DNA from: an uncultured Acidimicrobiia bacterium
GTDB lineage: Bacteria > Actinomycetota > Acidimicrobiia > Spongiisociales > UBA4744
Assembly: GCA_964383535.1 (NCBI GenBank)
Contig: CAYLHS010000001.1
Span: 20,026-84,025, forward strand
DNA: 64,000 nucleotides
Direction of reading: 5' to 3'
The position numbers were made by a program, and so were the translations under genes. Shown here one piece after another: positions 29,558 through 37,763 of this stretch. The notes beneath the pieces are model-generated. The model saw only the letters and a list, made by a program, of their open reading frames with translations, was not told where the DNA came from and did not search any database. The first letter of the stretch is position 1; each line of letters starts with the position of its first letter.

Positions 29558-29778
29558 TGCACCTCCAATTCGAGGAGAGTCTCGAGCGGCTCGCGTCCCA
29601 GAGCGTGTGACACCATCGATTCCTCCCACTCCCTGAAGCGTTCCTCGCAGACAGCCGAGCAAAACTCTGAACCTCGACGCCTCGGGCCACCGTCCCACAG
29701 ACATGTCTGATGGAGACCCCGCAGCCACGCGGGATCGTAGAGCGGATACCGGCCCAAGGGGTCGAACGCGGTCTGCAT
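29554..29778 (-). CDS. hypothetical small protein (74 aa) translationally coupled to the formimidoyltransferase gene
   Basis: ATG is preceded by a GAGGAGAAG ribosome-binding site; its stop overlaps the downstream ATG (ATGA). The longer ORF-track version (29554..29898) would collide with the divergent zinc-ribbon ORF. Confidence 0.35.
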   Translation of the reverse strand: MQTAFDPLGRYPLYDPAWLRGLHQTCLWDGGPRRRGSEFCSAVCEERFREWEESMVSHALGREPLETLLELEVQ

Positions 29779-29879
29779 CTTCTCCTCGCTGCTCGCCCCA
29801 AGGGTAGAAGGGTTGGTGAATGGTTGGAGAAGGCGAAAGACTTCAGAAGCGTGCAAAGGTGGCCGATGCCACTCACTGA

Positions 29880-30059
29880 ATGGAACGAGGGCTGACATTC
29901 AAGTGCACCCGCTGCCGTGCGGCCCCTGCGGTGGTGAAGAAGGGCCGCAAGACGTTTCTTTGTCCCCGCTGCGCGTCCGACCTCATGTGGCACGACATGG
30001 TCGACTCAGTCACAGAAGCGTTCGTCGAGGATGAGACACCAGAGGTCGGATCGGTATAG
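29880..30059 (+). CDS. zinc-ribbon small protein (59 aa), hypothetical
   Basis: MERGLTFKCTRCRAAPAVVKKGRKTFLCPRCASDLMWHDM...: CxxC-x15-CxxC with high GC3. Absent from the ORF track (under 60 aa); a 2-TM ORF follows 9 nt later. Confidence 0.35.
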   Translation: MERGLTFKCTRCRAAPAVVKKGRKTFLCPRCASDLMWHDMVDSVTEAFVEDETPEVGSV

Positions 30060-30068
30060 CCTCTGGGC

Positions 30069-30389
30069 GTGTACCGACGAACCGGCATCGTGCTCCTACT
30101 TCTCGGGGTCGCCTTTTCCGTGTTGCTGCTTTGGCTGCCTGTCCGCTACTTCACCGGGTACCAGGTCGGAAAGGAGCAGGTCAGCAGAATCTATCTGCCG
30201 TGTGGCTCGGCGATCGGCATCGCTGCCGACCAATTCGATCCTGCGATAAGGACGCCTGGGGAAAGGATCGAGTGCATCAAACGGGCTCGGTCCCGCATCC
30301 TCTACGTCGTGTTCGTGGGGCCACTCCTGCTTCTCGGACTGTACGGGGTCTTTCGCGGGCCCTACCCACACCGCAAGCTCGGAGAGTAG
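30069..30389 (+). CDS. small membrane protein (2 predicted TM helices), hypothetical
   Basis: MYRRTGIVLLLLGVAFSVLLLWLP...YVVFVGPLLLLGLYGVF; positively charged N-terminus; starts directly after the zinc-ribbon ORF. Confidence 0.4.
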   Translation: MYRRTGIVLLLLGVAFSVLLLWLPVRYFTGYQVGKEQVSRIYLPCGSAIGIAADQFDPAIRTPGERIECIKRARSRILYVVFVGPLLLLGLYGVFRGPYPHRKLGE

Positions 30390-30673
30390 GCACGAGGGGG
30401 CCCTGGTATCCGAAGGAGGCCCCAGTACGCGTGCTGGGTCTGAGCAGCGGGCTCTGGGAAGAGCTGCGACTGCCTTCACGCTGGAGATAGCTCTCCCCAT
30501 CCTCGGGAGGCACCTGTACCGCAAGGGTCTCATCCGCACAGTCCGCTCCGATGGCCAACCGACAGCTCAGAGGCGAGGCCGGGGTGGCAGCTTCGAATTC
30601 ACGGCCGCAATGGAAGCGAACCTTGGGGACGAGTGACAGTATCCTCGCACCGCGTTCGAGGACAGGGCGCGTC

Positions 30674-31576
30674 CTAGTGCTCGGCCCTCGAAGCCAAGAA
30701 GGCTCCACACACCACCATGGCAGTGCCGACGATGGACAACCCCGCGACATGCTCGCCGTGGAGGAGGACGCCCAGGAGGATCGCCACGACCGGCAGGAAG
30801 TAGATGGCGATCGATGCCCTCGTGGCGCCCACCCGTCCCGCGAGTACGGACATCGCCAGTTGTGCGACACCTGTGCCGAATACGCCGAGCGCGGCAACCG
30901 CAGCGAACGGCCCCCATGCGAATGTCGCTCCGGAGAGCTGGGTGAGTCCGATCGGAACGACGATCACGATGGCGGCGAGCTGGGCCCGAAAGACGACCGG
31001 GAAGGCCCCGTACTGCTGCTGGAGTGGCACCGCCAGGTTGACGGCGAGTCCATAGGAGATCGTCGCAGCGAGAACCATGAGCGTGCCCCGCACGACCGAG
31101 GCACCGCCCCCGACGGTCGGGAGACTGACTGCCACGATGCCAGCGAGACCAAGCAGCAACCCAACCATCTGAGGCCGGCCCGGACTGCGTCGAAGGAGGA
31201 AGGCGGCGACCAGCGCCGAGAAGATCGGCATCGAACCGTTCAGCATCCCGGCCAGCGAAGAGGAGATCCACTGCTCTGCGATCGGGAACATCAACATGGG
31301 AAACGCCATCCACACCACACCGAGGAGCGCAATTCGCGGCAGGTCGGCGCGATTCACGCGGTGCCGTGACGCGGGAACCATCGCAAGGGTGGCTGCGCCG
31401 ATCAGGAGGCGCAACGAGGTGACGACGGGGGGTGGAAACGCCTCGAGACCGAGGGCGATCAGCAGAAACGACGATCCCCAAATGAGGGAGATGCCGCCGA
31501 GGAGACCCCAGTCTGCGACCGAATAGGCAGCGCGTGTAGTGCCGGGGGCGGTGGACAAGAGATTCGGACGCCGCAT
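30674..31576 (-). CDS. EamA/DMT-family transporter
   Basis: Start reset to MRRPNLL...; ten TM helices with the duplicated EamA domain pattern. Confidence 0.7.
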   Translation of the reverse strand: MRRPNLLSTAPGTTRAAYSVADWGLLGGISLIWGSSFLLIALGLEAFPPPVVTSLRLLIGAATLAMVPASRHRVNRADLPRIALLGVVWMAFPMLMFPIAEQWISSSLAGMLNGSMPIFSALVAAFLLRRSPGRPQMVGLLLGLAGIVAVSLPTVGGGASVVRGTLMVLAATISYGLAVNLAVPLQQQYGAFPVVFRAQLAAIVIVVPIGLTQLSGATFAWGPFAAVAALGVFGTGVAQLAMSVLAGRVGATRASIAIYFLPVVAILLGVLLHGEHVAGLSIVGTAMVVCGAFLASRAEH

Positions 31577-31705
31577 CGACGAGAGGCTAGCGGTCTGTCC
31601 ATCAACGTCTGGGGGCGGCCAGATGCCAGCGCGTGCAGCAGACTTGCCATCTGGGTTCTGCCGGTTGACCATCACCGATCTCGCGGGAACGGCACCGGAC
31701 CTGCG

Positions 31706-32935
31706 TCAGTATTCGGGGGTGTTCTGTGCCTTCCACACGACCGTGAATGCGAGGTAGATGGCGAACACGACGATCAGGATCGGTCCAATCCGGACGATCT
31801 TCAGCAGCCCGATCCGGTCGGCGAGCGCTGTTCCGAAGAGCGCTCCGAACGGGACGGTGCTCCAAGCCAGGCTCCTGCTCGCGGCGCTGACCCGGCCGAG
31901 AAGATGTGGGGGCGTGTAGAGCTGTCGCATGGTCAGCAGGCTCACGTTGGTCCACACCAGACCGGTGAACGCGACCGCCAGCACGCTGGTCACGATGAGG
32001 AGATTCCTCGACCATGTCAGACCGAAAATGCCGACGCCAAGGACGGCGAATCCGAGCACATAGCTGCGTCCGAGACCGACCCGATCTATGAGCTTCGACG
32101 CGCTGATGGCACCGATGATGCCTCCTGCACCCATCCCGACGAAGAAAATGCCGAGCTTGGCCGGGTCGTTGGTCCCCAGAATCTCCGCGCCGATGAGGAC
32201 GAGCGTGGCCTCGATGAACCCACCGGTGATGAAGTTGGCGAGTCCGCCCCCAAGTGTCGTGAGGCGAATTCGTGGCTCGTGCCAGAGGTGCTGCCACCCC
32301 TCCTTGAGTGTCTCGACGAAGTCGCCATTCCTCTCGAGGGTCCGCGGCGGAACACGGGCCAGGAGTGTGAACGAGGCTGCCGAAACGAGAAACGTCAGTC
32401 CGTTGAACGCGAATGCCGAGGGGAAGCCCGCCTCTTTGATGATGACCCCGCCGATCAGGGGGCCAATGAGGAACGCCGCCTGCTGCGACAGGGACAGTCG
32501 ACTGTTCGCTCGGGCCAGGGACGTGCCGGCAGCGAGGGAAGGGATGAACGCCTGAAGTGACGCGTTGAAGGAGGCCGCGAGACTCCCCGAGATGAAGGCG
32601 AGTGCAAACAGGCCAACGGTGGTGATTCCTGAGGTGCGAGAGACGATCGCCAGGACGATGAACGCCGCGGCCCTGAGCAGTTCGTTGAGGACGAGCAAAG
32701 GACGCAGCCGGTACCGGTCGAGCAGAGTGCCGCCGAGGAAACCGAAGATCAGCGTCGGGATGTTCTCTGCAGCCGAAAGGAGCCCGAAGTCGAACGCGCG
32801 CACCGTGAGCGATGTGAGGAAGTACGGAACGGTGAAGTAGGCGACGTAGTCGCCGAGCAGCGAGACCGATTGTCCCACCCATACGACGGAGAAGTTGCGG
32901 AGGGGGCGCGCGCGTCGGTGGGTGCCGTGGCTCAC
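31706..32935 (-). CDS. MFS transporter
   Basis: Twelve TM helices; NFSVVWVGQSVSLLGD N-terminus typical of MFS-family transporters. Confidence 0.75.
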   Translation of the reverse strand: MSHGTHRRARPLRNFSVVWVGQSVSLLGDYVAYFTVPYFLTSLTVRAFDFGLLSAAENIPTLIFGFLGGTLLDRYRLRPLLVLNELLRAAAFIVLAIVSRTSGITTVGLFALAFISGSLAASFNASLQAFIPSLAAGTSLARANSRLSLSQQAAFLIGPLIGGVIIKEAGFPSAFAFNGLTFLVSAASFTLLARVPPRTLERNGDFVETLKEGWQHLWHEPRIRLTTLGGGLANFITGGFIEATLVLIGAEILGTNDPAKLGIFFVGMGAGGIIGAISASKLIDRVGLGRSYVLGFAVLGVGIFGLTWSRNLLIVTSVLAVAFTGLVWTNVSLLTMRQLYTPPHLLGRVSAASRSLAWSTVPFGALFGTALADRIGLLKIVRIGPILIVVFAIYLAFTVVWKAQNTPEY

Positions 32936-33032
32936 GGCGGGTAGCCTAGCGGTGCACTGGCAGGGATTTCATAGTGACACGCCCGGACGAATTCGCTGAT
33001 GTGTCGTGCGCTCGGGTAGCCTCCATTGTGTC

Positions 33033-33326
33033 ATGGGTGATCTACGGGAGCTGCCGGAGCAGGTCAGTGAGCTGATCGATCTCTCCAAGGAGTACCTGCG
33101 CCAGGAAACCATCGAGCCGGCAAAGAGACTCGGACGCGTGTTCGGGATGGGGTTCGCCGCCTCGGTGTTGTTTTCGCTAGGAGCGGTGCTCCTGTCGGTC
33201 GCAGGAATGCGGATCCTGGTTCGAGTTCTGCCGGAAGGCGAGCTGTGGAGCGCGCTCGGTGTGTTCATCTCGTTCATCGTGCTTGCAGGAGCGGCCGGTC
33301 TGATCATGTGGAGGGCAAATCGCTGA
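33033..33326 (+). CDS. holin-X-like small membrane protein (phage-holin-3_6-like; family assignment is from memory)
   Basis: N-terminal amphipathic segment (LRELPEQVSELIDLSKEYLRQE) followed by two TM helices; alternative GTG start at 33006. Confidence 0.4.
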   Translation: MGDLRELPEQVSELIDLSKEYLRQETIEPAKRLGRVFGMGFAASVLFSLGAVLLSVAGMRILVRVLPEGELWSALGVFISFIVLAGAAGLIMWRANR

Positions 33327-33517
33327 TGGTGGAGCGCGCCGACATCGAAGCCAAGGCACGTGAGATCGAGCAATCGCTCATGGAGACGAAGGAAAGCGTT
33401 CAGGACAAGAGCGTGCTCATCGCGCTCGCCGTGATCGCGGTCGTCGGCATTGCCTTCTTGATCGGAAGACGTCGAGGCAAACAGGCCAGGGCAATCGTGA
33501 AGGTCTACAGGTCCTGA
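33326..33517 (+). CDS. DUF3618-like small protein (coiled-coil + C-terminal TM anchor + RRRGK)
   Basis: ATG overlaps the upstream stop (TGATG); MVERADIEAKAREIEQSLMETKES...LIALAVIAVVGIAFLIGRRRGKQ. Confidence 0.4.
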   Translation: MVERADIEAKAREIEQSLMETKESVQDKSVLIALAVIAVVGIAFLIGRRRGKQARAIVKVYRS

Positions 33518-33849
33518 CCTTCGAATCCAATACGGATCGTTTCGCCGGGTTTCAAGCGACGCTGGTAGACGACGCGGGAAGGTCGGGGAGTGCGGAGGAA
33601 CCGGAACGCCAGTAGCGCCGCTCCCACCAGTACCAGCGTGGCGTCACCGGTTCGCAAGCCCCGAAACAGGCTCTTGACTGCGGATCCGCCGAGCTGCATG
33701 TGACCAGGCTAGCCGCGGGGAAGGAGCCAGAAAGCGCGTAAAGTACCTGCCATGCGGAACGAAACGATGAAGAAGGTCATTGTCTGGGTCATCGTCCTCG
33801 GAATGGTGCTCTCTCTCGCCCTGGGCGTCTTGGCCCTGGTGTTCTCGTC

Positions 33850-34044
33850 ATGAACGTCATCCTTCGACATCCCCGGCGAGAGGTGGCGGTCGATGCCCCG
33901 ATCAGCGTCGATCGGATGCTGAAGGCACTAGACATCGTGCCGGAGACGGTGCTGGTGATCCGAGGAGCGGACCTTCTGACTCGAGACGCAATGCTCGAAC
34001 CCGACGACACGGTCGAGGTGCGTCCTGTCATCTCGGGGGGCTGA
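33850..34044 (+). CDS. ThiS/MoaD-fold sulfur-carrier protein with C-terminal Gly-Gly (TtuB/CysO-like)
   Basis: 64 aa ending ...TVEVRPVISGG*; stop overlaps the start of the PP-loop thiolase gene (ATGA). Confidence 0.6.
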   Translation: MNVILRHPRREVAVDAPISVDRMLKALDIVPETVLVIRGADLLTRDAMLEPDDTVEVRPVISGG

Positions 34045-34931
34045 TGCGCTGCCGGGTCTGCAAGGAGAAGGCCGCGATCGAGGTACGACGCCACAACGCC
34101 GCGTTCTGTCGCGACCACTTCATCGAGCACGTGGTACGGCAGGTGGAGCGGACCATCCATGACTTCGACATGTTCGATCGCTCGGATCGCTTGCTCATCG
34201 GGGTGTCGGGCGGGAAGGACAGCCTGGCGATCTGGGATATTCTGCACCGGCTCGGCTATCGATGTGAGGGCGTCTATCTCGACCTCGGCATTGACGGCTA
34301 CTCGGCCGACAGTCGCACCTTCATCGAACGCTTCGTGAAGGAACGAGACTTGATCCTTCGGGTCGTCGACCTCCGTGAACGATACGGCTTCACGATTCCC
34401 CAGGCGGCGGAGTCGACGAGACGAAATCCGTGCTCTGCATGCGGCCTCTCCAAGCGGTACATCCTCAACGAGGAGGCGCTGACGGGCGGCTATGACGCCC
34501 TCGTGATGGGCCACAATCTCGATGATGAAGCGGCGACTCTGTTCTCGAACGTGCTCAATTGGAACACCGAGTACCTGGCCCGGCAGAAGGCAGTCCTTCC
34601 CGCTTCCGGTGGTCTGGTCAAGAAGGTGAAACCTCTAGTCCGAGTCGCGGAGAGAGAAACCGCGGCGTATGCCGTTCTCTCGGGCATCGATTACGAAGTC
34701 GACGAGTGCCCGCTGGTTGCCGGCAACACCGTCAACAGGATGAAGGAATGGATGGCGCTGCTCGAACACAAGTCGCCAGGTGTCACCCAGCACTTCCTTG
34801 GTGGCTTCTACAACCTGGACACTTTCCACACCCCGACCCCGGATCTGCATTCGTGCGAGTCCTGCGGACGGCCGACGACTGCGACGATCTGCGCCTTCTG
34901 CCGGCTGCAAGAGCGATCGGTTCGACGATGA
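34044..34931 (+). CDS. TtuA/NcsA-family PP-loop tRNA thiolase (2-thiouridine-54-type)
   Basis: N-terminal zinc finger CRVCKEK...AAFCRDH, PP-loop SGGKDS, central CSAC and C-terminal CESCGR...CAFC cysteine clusters. Confidence 0.7.
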   Translation: MRCRVCKEKAAIEVRRHNAAFCRDHFIEHVVRQVERTIHDFDMFDRSDRLLIGVSGGKDSLAIWDILHRLGYRCEGVYLDLGIDGYSADSRTFIERFVKERDLILRVVDLRERYGFTIPQAAESTRRNPCSACGLSKRYILNEEALTGGYDALVMGHNLDDEAATLFSNVLNWNTEYLARQKAVLPASGGLVKKVKPLVRVAERETAAYAVLSGIDYEVDECPLVAGNTVNRMKEWMALLEHKSPGVTQHFLGGFYNLDTFHTPTPDLHSCESCGRPTTATICAFCRLQERSVRR

Positions 34932-35698
34932 CGTTCACTTCGGGCGACCACTGCCTACTGGTGGATCTCCGGGGACGCAGATATCTGGTCACGCTCAAGG
35001 AAGGGGGTGAGTTCCATTCCCATCTCGGCGCCCTCCCACACGATGACGTGATCGGGGTCCAGGAGGGAACGCTGATCGCAACCACGACTGGCAGCCGGCT
35101 GCTGGCCATTCGCCCGCGGTACGTCGACTATGTCCTCAAGATGCGACGCGGAGCCCAGGTCGTGTACCCCAAGGACGTCGGACCGATCCTCGTCTACGGA
35201 GACATCGGTCCAGGCGAAACGGTGCTCGAGGCGGGTACCGGTTCCGGCGCGCTCACGATCGCTCTGGTGAGGGCGGTGGGCGCCACCGGGAAGGTGATCA
35301 GTGTCGAAACACGCGAAGACCACGCGGCGCACGCCCGCAGAACCATCGACGCGTTCTTCGGGGCCCTCCCGGTCAACCTGGACCTGCGAATCGGGTCGAT
35401 AGAAGACGTCGGAGCGTCCGTGTCGCCAACCCGAATGGTGCTCGATCTGCCCGAACCCTGGCATGTGGCCGAGGGCGGCGGTGGTCTACAGCCCGGGGGC
35501 GTATTCGTCGCCTACCTACCGACCGTTCCGCAAGTTCAGACGCTGGTCGAGACGATGCGGGCGACGGGGGCGTACCAGATGATCGAGACGTTCGAGACCC
35601 TCCATCGGTCCTGGAACATCGAAGGAAGGTCGGTGCGACCCGATCACCGTATGGTTGGCCACACCGGGTTCATCGTTGTCGGTCGTCGAACACGTTGA
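34928..35698 (+). CDS. trmI: tRNA (adenine58-N1)-methyltransferase
   Basis: ATGA overlap with the upstream stop; SAM motif VLEAGTGSGALT; architecture as in M. tuberculosis Rv2118c, which also neighbours the mpa locus. Confidence 0.8.
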   Translation: MTFTSGDHCLLVDLRGRRYLVTLKEGGEFHSHLGALPHDDVIGVQEGTLIATTTGSRLLAIRPRYVDYVLKMRRGAQVVYPKDVGPILVYGDIGPGETVLEAGTGSGALTIALVRAVGATGKVISVETREDHAAHARRTIDAFFGALPVNLDLRIGSIEDVGASVSPTRMVLDLPEPWHVAEGGGGLQPGGVFVAYLPTVPQVQTLVETMRATGAYQMIETFETLHRSWNIEGRSVRPDHRMVGHTGFIVVGRRTR

Positions 35699-35714
35699 GG
35701 GGACCCAATGGTCG

Positions 35715-35960
35715 TCAGGGTTCGATGAAGATGCACTCGCCGGGGCACTCCTCCGCCGACTCGATCACCATCTCCTCTTGCCCATCTGGCACCACGGCCA
35801 GCCCCTGAGCCCCTTCGGGGTTGCCCTCGGATGCGGCGAAGATCTTGTCGCCCTCCTTGACGTAGGCCAGACCGTCGTCCAGTAGGACGAAGACATCGGG
35901 TGCGATCTCCTCGCAGAGGCCGTCGCCCGTGCAGAGATCTTGGTCGATCCAAACCTTCAT
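35715..35960 (-). CDS. small ferredoxin (single Fe-S cluster, actinobacterial 7-kDa type)
   Basis: Start reset to MKVWIDQDLCTGDGLCEE...CPGECIFIE, with a GGAGA ribosome-binding site 10 nt upstream. Confidence 0.7.
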   Translation of the reverse strand: MKVWIDQDLCTGDGLCEEIAPDVFVLLDDGLAYVKEGDKIFAASEGNPEGAQGLAVVPDGQEEMVIESAEECPGECIFIEP

Positions 35961-36061
35961 TGTGCGAGAGTCTCCTTCGTGGATACGGGGCATGATACCC
36001 ATGTTCTGAGTTGGTGTGACTCCATCGCCAAGCACGCGCCGGTCGTATACTTCGCGAGGTC

Positions 36062-37756
36062 ATGAGCGACGAGGCCCGGCTCCAAGCAACGATTGCCGAA
36101 CTCGAGTCGCAGGTCGAGCACCTGCGAACGGGCGCAGAACACGCGCGATCTCTCGAGCGGCAGCTGTCCGATGTTCGTGTTCAGCTCGACGACACCGTCG
36201 CCAGAAACGCCAGACTCACCTCGGTGCTGACGGAAGCCCGAGAGCAGCTCGCGCTCCTGCGTGAGGAGATCGAGAAGCTCTCGGCACCGCCCAACCAATT
36301 CGGCACCGTTGTGCAGGTGAATCAGGACGGCACCGTCGACGTCATGAACAGCGGCAGGAAGCTTCGAGTCACGGCGCACCCATCGATCGAAGTGAAGCAA
36401 CTCGCACGTGGTCAAGACGTGCTCTTGAACGAAGCGATGAACATCGTGGACGTACGGCAGTTCGCGCAGGCGGGTGAGGTCGTCATCGTCAAGGAGGGCC
36501 TGGAGGCGGGACGGCTTCTCGTGCTCGGACGTGGAGACGAAGAACGGGTGGTCGAGATTGCCGAACCGCTCGAAAACGAGTCACTGCGTGCCGGTGACGC
36601 GGTTCGTCTCGATGGGAGAACCGGACTCGTTTTCGAGAAGCTGAACCGCCCAGAGATCCAAGAGCTGATCCTCGAGGAAGTCCCCGACGTCACGTATGAG
36701 CAGGTGGGAGGGCTTCGCAGTCAGATCGAAGCCATCCGAGACGCGGTCGAGCTTCCCTACGTTCACAAAGAGCTCTTCGAGCAGTACGGGCTCGAAGCTC
36801 CGAAGGGTGTGCTGCTGTACGGCCCGCCCGGCTGCGGCAAGACACTCATCGCGAAAGCGGTGGCAAACAGCCTGGCCACGGCCGTCACCGAGCGGACGGG
36901 GCGAGCGGACGTCAAGTCCTACTTCCTGAACGTCAAAGGTCCCGAGTTGCTCAACAAGTACGTGGGTGAGACGGAGCGGCAGATCCGCTTGATCTTCTCC
37001 AGAGCCAAGGAGAAATCCGATCAGGGAGTGCCCGTCATCGTGTTCTTCGATGAGATGGACTCGCTGTTCCGAACGAGGGGAACCGGCGTCTCCTCCGATA
37101 TGGAGTCGACAGTGGTTCCTCAGCTGCTGTCCGAACTCGACGGCGTCGAGAGCCTCAAGAACGTCATCGTGATCGGCGCATCGAACCGCGAAGACCTGAT
37201 CGACCCTGCGATCCTTCGGCCAGGTCGTCTCGACGTGAAGATCAAGATCGACCGCCCGGACGAGGAATCAGCCCGGCAGATCTTCCGCATCTACTTGGGA
37301 GACGTGCCGATAGACGCGAGCGAAGTGGAGGCCTCGCGAGGCGACCGGGATGCCGTGGTGACGTCGATGATCCAACGTACCGTCGAGCGAATGTACTCGA
37401 CGGACGACGAGAACAAGTTCCTCGAGGTGACCTACGCCAACGGAGACAGAGAGCTGCTGTACTTCAAGGACTTCTCGAGCGGGGCGATGATCCAGAACAT
37501 CGTCAGCCGAGCGAAGAAGGAAGCGATCAAGCGCGAAATCGATGGTGGCGGCCGAGGTGTCCGAACGGAGGACCTCATGGAGGCGATCCGAAGCGAGTTC
37601 ACCGAACACGAGGACCTCCCCAACACGACGAACCCGGACGACTGGGCGAAGGTGTCAGGCAAGAAGGGCGAGCGCATCGTGTACGTACGGACGTTGGTGC
37701 GTGGCGAGGACAAGTCGAAGAAGATCGAAGCCGTCACAACCGGCCAGTACCTCTGA
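36062..37756 (+). CDS. arc: proteasome-associated AAA ATPase ARC/Mpa
   Basis: N-terminal coiled coil, OB domains, Walker A GPPGCGKT, and the C-terminal GQYL proteasome-docking motif. Confidence 0.9.
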   Translation: MSDEARLQATIAELESQVEHLRTGAEHARSLERQLSDVRVQLDDTVARNARLTSVLTEAREQLALLREEIEKLSAPPNQFGTVVQVNQDGTVDVMNSGRKLRVTAHPSIEVKQLARGQDVLLNEAMNIVDVRQFAQAGEVVIVKEGLEAGRLLVLGRGDEERVVEIAEPLENESLRAGDAVRLDGRTGLVFEKLNRPEIQELILEEVPDVTYEQVGGLRSQIEAIRDAVELPYVHKELFEQYGLEAPKGVLLYGPPGCGKTLIAKAVANSLATAVTERTGRADVKSYFLNVKGPELLNKYVGETERQIRLIFSRAKEKSDQGVPVIVFFDEMDSLFRTRGTGVSSDMESTVVPQLLSELDGVESLKNVIVIGASNREDLIDPAILRPGRLDVKIKIDRPDEESARQIFRIYLGDVPIDASEVEASRGDRDAVVTSMIQRTVERMYSTDDENKFLEVTYANGDRELLYFKDFSSGAMIQNIVSRAKKEAIKREIDGGGRGVRTEDLMEAIRSEFTEHEDLPNTTNPDDWAKVSGKKGERIVYVRTLVRGEDKSKKIEAVTTGQYL

Positions 37757-37763
37757 GGTTCCC

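Noticed and set aside
30390-30673. A 280-bp ORF-poor region containing TTCGAAT (tRNA T-loop-like), checked as a possible tRNA or ncRNA.
   Set aside because: No flanking 5-bp T-stem complementarity, acceptor stem or anticodon arm could be built. It was left unannotated.
33789-34514. 241-aa minus-strand ORF overlapping ttuB/ttuA.
   Set aside because: It is antisense to genes with clear PP-loop and ThiS signatures, and its translation is low complexity.
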